A program made the translations under genes and the position numbers. A DNA stretch of 64,000 bases from Nitrosopumilus sp. GTDB lineage: Archaea; Thermoproteota; Nitrososphaeria; Nitrososphaerales; Nitrosopumilaceae. The notes under the pieces were generated by a model. The model saw nothing but the letters and a program-made list of their open reading frames with translations. It was not told the origin of the DNA and did no database searches. The stretch spans positions 160,001 through 224,000 of the forward strand of contig CBDBLO010000002.1 of NCBI GenBank assembly GCA_965207075.1. Reading direction: 5' to 3'. This document shows positions 10,270 to 19,542 of this stretch, in pieces (positions within the stretch are counted from its first letter, which is position 1; each line of letters begins with the position of its first letter).

Positions 10270-11052
10270 TTACAGGCCCAGCCTCCCAAGCAACCTTGCA
10301 AGGGCGCGCCCGTCCCGCGAGTGCTTGTACTCCCTGAGACTTGCTATCACCTCGTCCTTGGGCGGGGCCCTGCAGATTCTCCGGACCTTTCCTGCCAGGG
10401 GCGGGGAGATGAAGATGGCCTGGGTTATGGACGTGACGTTCGAGGGCCTGCGCGCCGTGCTGGCGCTCTCAAAGTCTATTATGACCGGCCTGTCGCCCCG
10501 CTCTGAGATGATGACGTGCTTTGAGATGCGGACGAGCTCTCCGTGGTCTATGCCGGCCTCGTCAAGCTTGTGGCAGTCAGATATTATCGATCTTGCGGCG
10601 CGCCTGAATCTTGCTGACGTGCCGGCGCCCCGGAGCGCGTCAAGCCAGTCGCCTATTCTCCTGCCGCCGGCGTACTGCATGACAAGAAAGTTCCGGCTGT
10701 AGGAGACCAGCCTAGGCCCCACCCCCGCCGCGTTGGCCGCGCCAAGCAGGGACGCCTCGTCCCTCATGTGCGGCCTCGGCGAGTCAGTCCGCCGCGCCTT
10801 TATGGCAAGGCGCCTGCCGCCCGAATCCCTGCCCAGAATCACTACCCCGACATACCCCTTGCCGAGCACGCGCGTCCTGCTCAGAATCGTGGGGCCCGAA
10901 AACGAGACGGAGTCGATTCCGAGTTTTGAGAGCTCCCGCAGCCGCGCCTTCTTCTGCCGCTGGGTGGCGCGCGGATACCCGAAGACTGCCAGCGCGTCCG
11001 GGTCGCCGGACACGCCGTCAACTGAGACGTACGATCGCCGCATCGGTTGCAA
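10270..11052 (-). CDS. RIO-like Ser/Thr protein kinase
   Basis: LGKGYVGVV, AIK, IDHGEL, IIDFESAS motifs. Confidence 0.85.
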   Translation of the reverse strand: MQPMRRSYVSVDGVSGDPDALAVFGYPRATQRQKKARLRELSKLGIDSVSFSGPTILSRTRVLGKGYVGVVILGRDSGGRRLAIKARRTDSPRPHMRDEASLLGAANAAGVGPRLVSYSRNFLVMQYAGGRRIGDWLDALRGAGTSARFRRAARSIISDCHKLDEAGIDHGELVRISKHVIISERGDRPVIIDFESASTARRPSNVTSITQAIFISPPLAGKVRRICRAPPKDEVIASLREYKHSRDGRALARLLGRLGL

Positions 11053-12436
11053 TCAGCTCCTCGGCCGCGCCCCTGGCCGCCGCGCCCAGATCCGCGGCTC
11101 TCCCAATCCATACCTTTGGCCTGCCCTCCCGCCCCGGCGGTAGCAGCGCGTCGGCGCTTCCCCCCGCGCTCTCCCGGTTCAGGAGGCGCCTTGCGTGCGC
11201 GTCGGCCCTCGTGTCGTCCCACTTTTTGAGCGCCGCCAGCCTTCCCTTGGCGTCCACCCACATCATCTCCGAGCCCCCGAGGTTCTTTCCGATGTACGCG
11301 TCCAAGTTCTCTGACATGGAGAACTCGGGGCCGTACTGCACATACACGGGCGAGATCTCAGTTGCGCCCAGCAGCACGAAGAGGTATCCCCGCCCCTCCC
11401 CGGTCTCGACGTGCGCGCCATGCCTGTGCACGGCAAAGCCGTCCTGTGCCAGCTTTTTTGCAAGCTTTGCAGCGGACTTTTTTGTCTGTCCCCATATCAC
11501 GTCGGGCGCCCTCTTCCTGAACCCGAACCTCACCACCAGCAGGTTGTCCCAGTATCTCCGGGCCACCCTTCTTCCGGACCTCTTGGCGCGGCGCCCGTCA
11601 AAAAAGTCGGCCGAGGGCGCCCTTACAAATGCCCGGCACGCAAGTACGAACCTCACCACGTTCGCGCTGGATATCGCGGCCGCCAAGTTCCTGTTGCCAT
11701 CAATGGGATCGATTATCGATATGATTCCCGTAAACTCCCTTGCCGCCCGGCCTATGACGTGGCCGGGGACCACGTCACGTGCAAACGCCCCTACGACCCC
11801 CTCAAAGCTGCCGTAATGCGAGACCAGAACCTCGGCGACGTACCCGCTAAACCCGTTGGTTGCAACCTGGGCCCCGTACAGCCCGTTTGCCTTTAGAAAG
11901 GACTTGAGAAGCCTGACGTCGTCCCTCATCTTCTTGGTCAGTTTTCTGGTCATGTACCGTACGTGGAATCTGGAGCGATCCGCCGCGCTCTGCCACCGGC
12001 CCTCGTCGACGTCATAGCAAGGCACCACGTTTGCTAGGACGCCCTTCTGAAGCCTGGCCTCCACGTAGGGATGGTCCGAGAACTTGAGGTATGGCGCAAA
12101 GTCCCTGAGGGCGGAGCGCCCCACGTCGATTGCAACGTCCTTGAACCGGTCCTGCTCCGTGCCGCGGTCAAACCTGAGGTAGACGTCGACGTCCATCTCG
12201 GGCTTGGCAAGCCACGTGCCCTTCCTGTAGGAGCCCCCCACCTCCACGTCCAGTATCTCCGGATGCTTTGCGGCCTCCTCGGAGACCAAGCCCAGCACCA
12301 TGTCGGCCAGCCTCTTGGCCCGGGAGGCCTGCGCGTCGGTGGGCCGTGCCGCGTCGCGGGCGTCTGCTATGGCCTTCCTGATGTCGGTTCCCTTCTTTCC
12401 CCCTCTCCCCTTTTTTACGGCCGCCGCCCAGCTCAA
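11018..12436 (-). CDS. cca: archaeal (class I) CCA tRNA nucleotidyltransferase
   Basis: GGSYRKGTWL, DVDVY, HPYV, SAADRSRFH, GFSGYVAE, IDPID..RN motifs. Confidence 0.93.
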   Translation of the reverse strand: MSWAAAVKKGRGGKKGTDIRKAIADARDAARPTDAQASRAKRLADMVLGLVSEEAAKHPEILDVEVGGSYRKGTWLAKPEMDVDVYLRFDRGTEQDRFKDVAIDVGRSALRDFAPYLKFSDHPYVEARLQKGVLANVVPCYDVDEGRWQSAADRSRFHVRYMTRKLTKKMRDDVRLLKSFLKANGLYGAQVATNGFSGYVAEVLVSHYGSFEGVVGAFARDVVPGHVIGRAAREFTGIISIIDPIDGNRNLAAAISSANVVRFVLACRAFVRAPSADFFDGRRAKRSGRRVARRYWDNLLVVRFGFRKRAPDVIWGQTKKSAAKLAKKLAQDGFAVHRHGAHVETGEGRGYLFVLLGATEISPVYVQYGPEFSMSENLDAYIGKNLGGSEMMWVDAKGRLAALKKWDDTRADAHARRLLNRESAGGSADALLPPGREGRPKVWIGRAADLGAAARGAAEELIATDAAIVRLS

Positions 12437-13095
12437 TTCTCGACGCCCTCCACCACCGCAAGGTCGCTGTAGACCGGCCCCTGGGGGGTCAGCAGGCTCC
12501 GTTTTAGCTTGAAGTTTTTCACCCTCTGCACCCCAAATGATCTGCCGGCCATCTCCCTCAACTCTTTGGCAATGTCTACCCTCCTTTTAATCCTGAATAT
12601 GGTGCAGTGCGGCCTGAACGGCTTGTCAGGCTTGTATCCCAGGGGGCCCAGCACTCCTGACACCCTCTGCGCCAGATCCTGCAGTTTCGGGCAGCTGGGC
12701 GCCGCACCCGCGGCGGGGGCCGGCCCGCCGTTGTCACCGCGGCCGGCGACGGTGCCACTGGGCCGGCCGCCCCCCTGCGCCGCCGCGGTCGCCGTTATGG
12801 GCGGCGACGGTGACGCCCCCACCCAGACCACCCTGGGCGATCTGGCGTTTGGAAACGCCCCCACCCCGCCTATTCTGACGTCAAAGGCGTCAAACTTGAT
12901 CGAGCCGAGCGCGCCTATGACCCGGCTCTCCGCACCCTCCGGCACCTCCCCAAGGAACTGAAGCGTGATGTGGAGCAGGCCGGCGCCGACCGGCCTTGCG
13001 CCCCCGGGTTCTGCCCGCAGCAGCTCTGACTGCAGGTTCTCAATGGCGCCCGTTATGCCGGGTTCGGTAATCTCCACTGCCACGAACGCCCTCAT
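12433..13095 (-). CDS. thpR: RNA 2',3'-cyclic phosphodiesterase (2H family)
   Basis: MRAFVAV start, HITLQFLGE and PHCTIFR HxT motifs, LTPQGPVY. Confidence 0.9.
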   Translation of the reverse strand: MRAFVAVEITEPGITGAIENLQSELLRAEPGGARPVGAGLLHITLQFLGEVPEGAESRVIGALGSIKFDAFDVRIGGVGAFPNARSPRVVWVGASPSPPITATAAAQGGGRPSGTVAGRGDNGGPAPAAGAAPSCPKLQDLAQRVSGVLGPLGYKPDKPFRPHCTIFRIKRRVDIAKELREMAGRSFGVQRVKNFKLKRSLLTPQGPVYSDLAVVEGVEN

Positions 13096-13214
13096 GCTGT
13101 TGCCGCGCGCGCCGCGGCTATAAAATGTAGCAGGCAGCCGCGCGCCGCCCGCCCGGAATTCCGATGGGCCGACGGGCCGTGCTGCACCGCGGGCGCGCGC
13201 CTGCACGTGATAAG

Positions 13215-13291
13215 TGGTGGGACCGGCAGGATTTGAACCTGCGACCACTAGCCCCCCAGACTAGTATCATACCAAGCTAGACGACGATCCC
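13215..13291 (-). tRNA. tRNA-Pro(GGG), intronless, 3' CCA encoded
   Basis: Minus strand GGGATCG...CGGTCCC-ACCA acceptor stem, anticodon arm CTAGT-CTGGGGG-GCTAG, T arm GCAGGTTCAAATCCTGC. Confidence 0.95.
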
Positions 13292-13345
13292 TTGCAAAAG
13301 GCCGAAACACGAAATTATTAAACCGTCGTATTGCAGATCACACAC

Positions 13346-13561
13346 ATGAGGGTCTGCCGCATCTGCAACAGGATATCGGCGACGGATTCGGACCACACCG
13401 ACTGCGTACAGCAGAGAAGGATAGAGATGGAGGACGAGGGCCTAAAGGAGTCCATACCAGAAAAGCTCGACATGGCAAAAAACCCCGGTGAACTCGGTGT
13501 CGAGATAAAGGCCATTCTGGAGCACCTTGCAAGGGAGAAGGCCGAATCCGAAGAGAAGTGA
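13346..13561 (+). CDS. small hypothetical protein with CxxC/HxxC motif
   Basis: MRVCRICNR...DHTDC; TATA-like TTATTAAA upstream. Confidence 0.65.
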   Translation: MRVCRICNRISATDSDHTDCVQQRRIEMEDEGLKESIPEKLDMAKNPGELGVEIKAILEHLAREKAESEEK

Positions 13562-13673
13562 CGCGCGGCCCCTTGCGCGCCGAGGCGCCGGGGAAGGAAG
13601 ACCGTAGTAGAAGACTGCGCTCATCCCTGCGGCCCGGACGCCGGCTGGCGTGCGGGTTCGAAAACAGGCCCTG

Positions 13674-14414
13674 TCAGCGCTCCTGCGTGGTGGGCCTGAT
13701 GAGAATCTCGTTTATGTTGGCGTGCGGCGGAGCCCCGACTGCGTAGACTATTGCGCCTGCAATGTCCTCGGCCCTGAGTGACTCCATCTCCTTTGCCTTT
13801 TTCACAAAGCCGGCAAGCGACTCGTCGGTTATGGTGGAGTTCAGCTCCGTATCCACCACGCCCGGCTCGATGCACGTGACGCGCACGTTAGAGCGCGTGC
13901 TGAACTCCTGCCTGAGGCCCTCGCTTAGCGCCGTCACCGCGTGCTTGGTGGCGCAGTACACGCTGCCGGACGGGAACACGGTCCTGCCGGCCACGGACGA
14001 GACGTTGATTATGTGCCCGGATTTTTTCTCCTTCATGTGGGATATGACCGCCGCCGTGCAGTACAGCACGCCCTTGAGGTTGACGTCGACCATCCTGTCC
14101 CACTCGTCTATCTTCAGGCTCTGAAAGAAGCTCAGCGGCATCAGTCCCGCGTTGTTCACCAGAATGTCAATAGAGCCCCATTTTTCAAGGACGGCCGCGG
14201 CAAACCCCTCGCACTCGGACCGCTGCGTCACGTCAAGTCTCTGGTACATGACGCTGCCCCCCTCCTTCTCTATCACGCCTGCAAGGTCGGCCAGCTTGTC
14301 GGTCCGGCGGGCCCCGATGGCCACCTTGGCGCCCGCCCTTGAGAGGGCAAGCGCGGTGGCAAGTCCGATCCCGCTGCTGGCGCCCGTTACGATGGCGACC
14401 TTGTCCTTTATCAT
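13674..14414 (-). CDS. short-chain dehydrogenase/reductase
   Basis: TGASSGIG, NNAG, YCATK motifs. Confidence 0.93.
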   Translation of the reverse strand: MIKDKVAIVTGASSGIGLATALALSRAGAKVAIGARRTDKLADLAGVIEKEGGSVMYQRLDVTQRSECEGFAAAVLEKWGSIDILVNNAGLMPLSFFQSLKIDEWDRMVDVNLKGVLYCTAAVISHMKEKKSGHIINVSSVAGRTVFPSGSVYCATKHAVTALSEGLRQEFSTRSNVRVTCIEPGVVDTELNSTITDESLAGFVKKAKEMESLRAEDIAGAIVYAVGAPPHANINEILIRPTTQER

Positions 14415-14472
14415 ACGGGGCCGGCGGGCCGCGGGCGGCTAAAAATCTTTAGAAGTGTCGCCGTCGCGCGCC

Positions 14473-14562
14473 GTTGCAGTCACCGTGTTGCAGTCACCGT
14501 GTTGCAGTCACCGTGTTGCAGTCACCGTGTTGCAGTCACCGTGTTGCAGTCACCGTGTTGCA
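14473..14562. repeat. perfect tandem repeat of the 14-bp unit GTTGCAGTCACCGT, 6 full copies plus 6 bp
   Basis: Direct reading; no spacers. Confidence 0.95.
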
Positions 14563-14663
14563 ACATGTCGTCGTCACCACCGCCGGACGACGTTGGCGCG
14601 CGGCGCGTCCGCGACGCCGCGCTACTAAAACTTGATTAACAGCCACAGCGTCACACAGATGTC

Positions 14664-14885
14664 ATGAACGCGGAGAACTGCGCCTACTGCGGGGACTTGA
14701 CTGACATGCCGTTCCAGTGCAACTACTGCAAGGATCCGTTCTGCGCCGAGCACAGGCTGCCCGAGGAGCACCGCTGCGTAAAGCTCAGCCAGATAAGGGC
14801 AAGGAGGTTCGGGGAGAGGGGCGTGATACGGGACGGCGGCCGCGACAAGCCAAGCGTGTTCAGGCGCATATTCGGACGGTTCTGA
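14664..14885 (+). CDS. AN1-type zinc finger protein
   Basis: CAYC..PFQCNYC...FCAEHRLPEEHRC. Confidence 0.9.
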   Translation: MNAENCAYCGDLTDMPFQCNYCKDPFCAEHRLPEEHRCVKLSQIRARRFGERGVIRDGGRDKPSVFRRIFGRF

Positions 14886-14942
14886 CGGCGGCCGCGGGCA
14901 TGGCGGGCAGCCGCGAACAGGGACGCCGAAGAGGCCCGCCAA

Positions 14943-15227
14943 CTAGTACGGGCTCTTGTCAGGCGATATCCTTGCGCGCTTTCCCTGGTAGATGAGTGCC
15001 GCGGCGAGCGCAAACAGGACGAGCGCGGTCATCGGAAAGTTCTGGGGCGCCGGCAGCACGAACCAGTAGTACGCGCCAAAGCCGATTGAGAGGGCCGCCT
15101 GCGCCCAGAGCTTGGACCACTTCGGGGCGCGCACGAGCCTGGCCAGCCCCTCTATGGCAAGGAGTCCGATCACCGGATATATCGTGTAAAACAGAAAATC
15201 TATCACGTCGACTCCCGTGTGCGACAT
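14943..15227 (-). CDS. small membrane protein
   Basis: Three hydrophobic segments; TATA-like sequence upstream. Confidence 0.7.
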   Translation of the reverse strand: MSHTGVDVIDFLFYTIYPVIGLLAIEGLARLVRAPKWSKLWAQAALSIGFGAYYWFVLPAPQNFPMTALVLFALAAALIYQGKRARISPDKSPY

Positions 15228-15269
15228 GCAGTACGCTGGGCGCGCTTGTAATTTCTACCTATGTGGCGG

Positions 15270-15896
15270 CTAGTCCTCCCAGCGCACCCGCGCGGCCGAC
15301 CTCTCGGATATCAGGGCCTGCGCGTTCTCGTGCGGGATGGTCGCGATGTCCTCGGCCCTGAACGGTCCGTACATGCCCATGTCCGCCCCCACCATCTGCT
15401 CCACGTCCTTGAGGAACCTGACTACGATCCTGCCTGCCTTGTGCCTCTCGGATATCGACTCGAGGAGCTTGGACCTGCCGCTCTTGGTCGCAGACAGTAT
15501 GATCTCCCGGCGCTCGTCGCGCTCCTCCTCGGAGTCCAGGATGTACTTTTCCTCGTCAAGCAGCCGCTGCATCACATGCGAGGCCTCCTCGGCGCCGGAC
15601 GCGGCCCTGAGCTTGGAGGCCTTCTCAAGTCTCGTCCTCAGCAGCATGGAGACCAGCCCGGATGAGACCGCTATGGCCTGGTCCTTGACCTCGTCCTCCA
15701 CCCCGGCATACTCCTGCCGCGACAGGTTTCCTATGAACTCGGACATCTCCCTGTACAGCCCCGAGTCAATCTCGGTGAGGGCCGACTCGTCCTCCACCTC
15801 GCGCAGCACCATGTGGTACAGCTTGCCAAGCCGGGTCTGTGCGTCCATGTCCAAGGGCGGGGGGTCGGCGGAGGGGGAGGAGGGGGAGCCGGACAT
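15270..15896 (-). CDS. DNA replication GINS complex subunit (Gins51-like)
   Basis: Helical A domain (R..K) plus C-terminal B domain VVRFLKDV..MVGADM..YGPFRAEDIATIP..NA. Confidence 0.8.
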   Translation of the reverse strand: MSGSPSSPSADPPPLDMDAQTRLGKLYHMVLREVEDESALTEIDSGLYREMSEFIGNLSRQEYAGVEDEVKDQAIAVSSGLVSMLLRTRLEKASKLRAASGAEEASHVMQRLLDEEKYILDSEEERDERREIILSATKSGRSKLLESISERHKAGRIVVRFLKDVEQMVGADMGMYGPFRAEDIATIPHENAQALISERSAARVRWED

Positions 15897-15960
15897 TGCA
15901 GTTACTACTTACCAAACCTTAAATGATGGTTCTATTTGTGTTTGGTTGAAGCGCAGAGAT

Positions 15961-17421
15961 ATGCCATACAGAGTCAGTCACGGTAAGGCGATACAGGTTC
16001 AGTTTTCACCCGACGAGGTCTTCTCAAGGATACAGCACGAGAACATCCAGTTTATCGACCTGCAGTTTACAGGACTGACCGGGCACTTCCACCACACCAC
16101 CATATCGGCCGCCACCTTCACGCCGGAGCAGATGAGGGACGGCCTGCCAAAGCTCGACGGCTCGTCGATAATAGGGTTCACCAGCATAGACGACTCGGAC
16201 CTGCTGCTAAAGCCGGACCCCAACACGTTTGCCATAATCCCGTGGATGACGGAGAACAAGACGGCGCGCCTGCTGTGCGACGTATACTGGGGGGGCGACC
16301 GCGGCAGGCTCTCGCGTGACCCCAGGGGGATCGCGCAAAAGGCCGAGGAGTACATCAAGTCCCAGGGCTTTGACTACTCAACGTGGGGCCCCGAGGTAGA
16401 GTTCTTTGTCTTTGACAAGGTGCACTGGGACGTGCTCACGCCATACAAGGGCCAGTCATACGCCATAGAGTCCAAGGAGGCCCCGTGGAGCCAGGAGGGT
16501 GACGGGTATCCGATGGGGCTCCAAGAGGGGTACTATCCGAGCACCCCGTCTGACACGCTTACGCCATACCGGAACGAGTGCGTAAACATACTGCAGAACA
16601 ACTTCGGGATACTGTGCGACAACCACCACCACGAGGTCGCGACGGCGGGCCAGTGCGAGATCGACATCAGGTACGACCACCTGACGAACGCGGCCGACGC
16701 CGCGCAGTCATACAAGTACGTAATCAGGAACATAGCGCAAAAGTACGGCAAGGTGGCCACCATGATGCCCAAGCCCATTGCGATGGACTCGGGCAGCGGA
16801 ATGCACGTCAACGTCAGCCTCTGGAAGAAGGACCGGAACATGTTCTACGACTCGGGCAGCGAGGACGAGCTGAGCCAGACGGCGCGCTACTTTTGCGGCG
16901 GCGTCATAGAGCACGCAAAGGCGCTCTCCGCCATCTGCAACCCCACCACGAACTCGTACCACAGGCTCGTGCCCGGCTACGAGGCGCCCGCATATATCGC
17001 GTGGAGTTCTGGAAACCGTTCGGCAATAGTCAGGGTCCCGAGGCACCTGACGGGCAAGCAGTACGCCCACCTAAAGCGCCTGGAGTTCAGGGCGCCCGAT
17101 CCGTCCTCAAACCCGTACCTGGTGTTCGCCGCCATAACGGCGGCCGGCATGGACGGCGTCAAGAAGAAGATGGAGCCTGGCGACCAGATACACGACGACA
17201 TATTCAAGATGACGCGCTCAGACAGGGCAAAGCGCGGAATCGATGTGTTGCCAAAGAGCCTGGGCGACGCGCTCAACGAGCTTGAGAGCGACAGAAAGTT
17301 CCTGCTGTCCATATACACGGACGACGTGATAGACAAGGTGATAGAGCTGGAGAGGAGGGACCAGCGCGAGATATCGATCAGGCCGCACCCGCACGAGTTT
17401 TACCTGTACTTTGACGTCTAG
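15961..17421 (+). CDS. glnA: glutamine synthetase type I
   Basis: DGSSI, GPEVEFF, HHEVATAGQCE, MPKP, SGSGMH, RLVPGYEAP, LEFRAPDPSSNPYL. Confidence 0.97.
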   Translation: MPYRVSHGKAIQVQFSPDEVFSRIQHENIQFIDLQFTGLTGHFHHTTISAATFTPEQMRDGLPKLDGSSIIGFTSIDDSDLLLKPDPNTFAIIPWMTENKTARLLCDVYWGGDRGRLSRDPRGIAQKAEEYIKSQGFDYSTWGPEVEFFVFDKVHWDVLTPYKGQSYAIESKEAPWSQEGDGYPMGLQEGYYPSTPSDTLTPYRNECVNILQNNFGILCDNHHHEVATAGQCEIDIRYDHLTNAADAAQSYKYVIRNIAQKYGKVATMMPKPIAMDSGSGMHVNVSLWKKDRNMFYDSGSEDELSQTARYFCGGVIEHAKALSAICNPTTNSYHRLVPGYEAPAYIAWSSGNRSAIVRVPRHLTGKQYAHLKRLEFRAPDPSSNPYLVFAAITAAGMDGVKKKMEPGDQIHDDIFKMTRSDRAKRGIDVLPKSLGDALNELESDRKFLLSIYTDDVIDKVIELERRDQREISIRPHPHEFYLYFDV

Positions 17422-17439
17422 CTGCGCGGCGTGCGCCCG

Positions 17440-17727
17440 TCAGACCCTGCCGGTCATGTAGTAGATTGCCAGCGCGGATACGGCCATCAGGCCAAAGCCG
17501 GCCCCGAGGATCGCGCCCCTCTTTCCGCTGCCGCTGTCGGTGGCCGACCTGTACAACAGTATGCCGCCGGCGAGGCCCAGCAGGAGAACCAGCACCCCGA
17601 TCACCACGATGTCAAAACTGGTGTTGGTTATCAGCGGGTGGAAGAAGCCGGCAAGGAACATGAAGAAGACTATAATGTATACATACTTGAAGCCGCCCAT
17701 CAGGAGGGTGCCCTTCTCAAGTGCCAT
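17440..17727 (-). CDS. small membrane protein
   Basis: Three hydrophobic helices. Confidence 0.7.
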   Translation of the reverse strand: MALEKGTLLMGGFKYVYIIVFFMFLAGFFHPLITNTSFDIVVIGVLVLLLGLAGGILLYRSATDSGSGKRGAILGAGFGLMAVSALAIYYMTGRV

Positions 17728-17786
17728 CGTCAGGCCGGTCTTGGGCTAATCAAATAAACCTTGAGCCGCCAAGCGCCGCGGCGCTA

Positions 17787-19490
17787 CTACATCATTCCGC
17801 CCATGTCGGGCATGCCGCCGCCCATTCCGGGCATTCCTCCGGGCATGCCACCCATTCCGGGCATGCCGCCTTCCCCGCCTCCCGGGGGTCCTCCGGCGGA
17901 CTTTTGCGTGGCGATGACGTCATCAATCCTGAGAATCATGCAGGCGGCCTCCGTCGCCGACGACGTCACCTGCAGCTTTACTGAGAGGGGCTCGATTATC
18001 TCGCTGTTCTTCATGCTTGCGATCCTCGCCTCCATCACGTCGATGCCCGTCCAGCTCTCGCCGCGCTGCTGCTTTGAGCGCAGGAGCGTCAGCGTGTCTA
18101 TCGGGTCCATCCCGGCGTTCTCTGCAAGGGTAAGCGGAAGCGACTCGAGGGAGTCGGCAAACTTTTCTGCGGCAAGCTGCTCCCTGCCCTCCAGGGACTT
18201 TGCCCAGCTCCGGAGCTTTGTGGCCGCAAAGGTCTCAGGCGAGCCTCCGCCTGCCACCACGGACGGGCTCAGTATGACGTCCCTGACCACCATCAGCGCG
18301 TCGTGGACGGAGCGCTCCGCCTCGTCGACGACCCTCTGCGAGCCTCCGCGCAGGAGCAGCGTAACGGATTTTGGGTTCTTGCACCCCTCTACAAAGACCC
18401 ACTTGTCCTCTTCTATCTTTCTCTCCTCCACCAGCGAGGCCGCGCCCAGGTCGTCTGCCGACAGATCGTCAAGGTTCGTAACCACCCTGCCGCCGGTGGC
18501 CCTCGAGAGCTTTGTAAGGTCGCTCTCCTTTATGCGCCTGACAGCGATTATCCCGGCCTTTGCCAGATAGTGCTGCGCCATCTCGTCTATTCCCTTCTGG
18601 CACAAGACCACGTTGGCCCCGGTGCCGGTCACCTTGTCGACCATCGACTTGAGCATGTTGTTCTCCTCGTCAAGGAAGGACTTTAGCTGCTGCGGATCGG
18701 ATATGTTGATCTTGGCATCCGTCTCGGTCTTGCTGATCTCAAGCGCCGTGTTGAGGAGGGCGATCTTCGCGTCCGAGACGTCCTTTGGCATTCCGCCGTG
18801 TACAATCTCCTTGTCCAGGACGATTCCCCGGACTATCGACGAGTCCTTTATTGAGCCGCCCGCCTTCTTCTCGACCTTTATGTCGTCTATGTCGACGTCG
18901 TAATCGTCACCGCTCTTCTCGGAGACCGTGAGTACCGCGTCCACTATTATCCCGGCAATCTGATCCGAGTCCTTGCGCACGAGCTTTGTCTGCATGGACG
19001 TCTTTGCAATCTTCGTCAGGACGTCCCTGTCGTCGGGCGTGACCGGCTCGGCAATCTCCCTGAGGAACTCCTCGGCCTGCTTGCCCGCCCTGCGGTACCC
19101 GTCCACTATGATCGTGGGGTGGACGTTCTGATCCAGGAGCGACTCGGCGTTCTCAAGCAGGGCGCCGGCAAGAACGACCGCGGAGGTGGTGCCGTCGCCC
19201 ACCTCGTTGTCGGTGGTCTTGGATATCTCTACAAGCATCTTGGCCGCCGGGTGCTGCACGTCGATCTCCTTTAGGATGGTCGCCCCGTCGTTTGTTATCG
19301 TAACGTCCCCAAGCGAGTCTACCAGCATCTTGTCCATGCCGCGCGGGCCGAGGCTGGAGTGCACTATCTCCGCGATTATCTTTGACGCCGCAATGTTGTT
19401 CTTTTGCGCGTCCCTGCCCTTGGTCTCGGTGCCGCCCTCCTTTAGGAGTACGACGGGCATGTTGCCCTTTGACGTCGCCTGTATTGCCAT
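17787..19490 (-). CDS. ths: thermosome (group II chaperonin) subunit
   Basis: [29 protein letters not shown]-rich tail. Confidence 0.97.
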   Translation of the reverse strand: MAIQATSKGNMPVVLLKEGGTETKGRDAQKNNIAASKIIAEIVHSSLGPRGMDKMLVDSLGDVTITNDGATILKEIDVQHPAAKMLVEISKTTDNEVGDGTTSAVVLAGALLENAESLLDQNVHPTIIVDGYRRAGKQAEEFLREIAEPVTPDDRDVLTKIAKTSMQTKLVRKDSDQIAGIIVDAVLTVSEKSGDDYDVDIDDIKVEKKAGGSIKDSSIVRGIVLDKEIVHGGMPKDVSDAKIALLNTALEISKTETDAKINISDPQQLKSFLDEENNMLKSMVDKVTGTGANVVLCQKGIDEMAQHYLAKAGIIAVRRIKESDLTKLSRATGGRVVTNLDDLSADDLGAASLVEERKIEEDKWVFVEGCKNPKSVTLLLRGGSQRVVDEAERSVHDALMVVRDVILSPSVVAGGGSPETFAATKLRSWAKSLEGREQLAAEKFADSLESLPLTLAENAGMDPIDTLTLLRSKQQRGESWTGIDVMEARIASMKNSEIIEPLSVKLQVTSSATEAACMILRIDDVIATQKSAGGPPGGGEGGMPGMGGMPGGMPGMGGGMPDMGGMM

Positions 19491-19542
19491 GCCTGCCGAC
19501 TTGGAAATCCACTTTTTATATCTTGAGATCGGCGGCGGCGTG

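Noticed and set aside
10270-13291. tRNA-thpR-cca-kinase cluster as a novel RNA repair system
   Set aside because: The cca-thpR linkage is a well-known conserved archaeal arrangement
13215-13291. tRNA-Pro as an integration site
   Set aside because: No integrase and no duplicated tRNA 3' end seen in the window
14473-14562. Possible CRISPR array
   Set aside because: The units are 14 bp and contiguous with no spacers, and there are no cas genes in the window
15337-15960. Long N-terminal extensions in the ORF track for GlnA (also DP1, Cdc6, CysQ, ThpR)
   Set aside because: They overlap real opposite-strand genes, the tRNA or the origin; family-typical starts lie downstream
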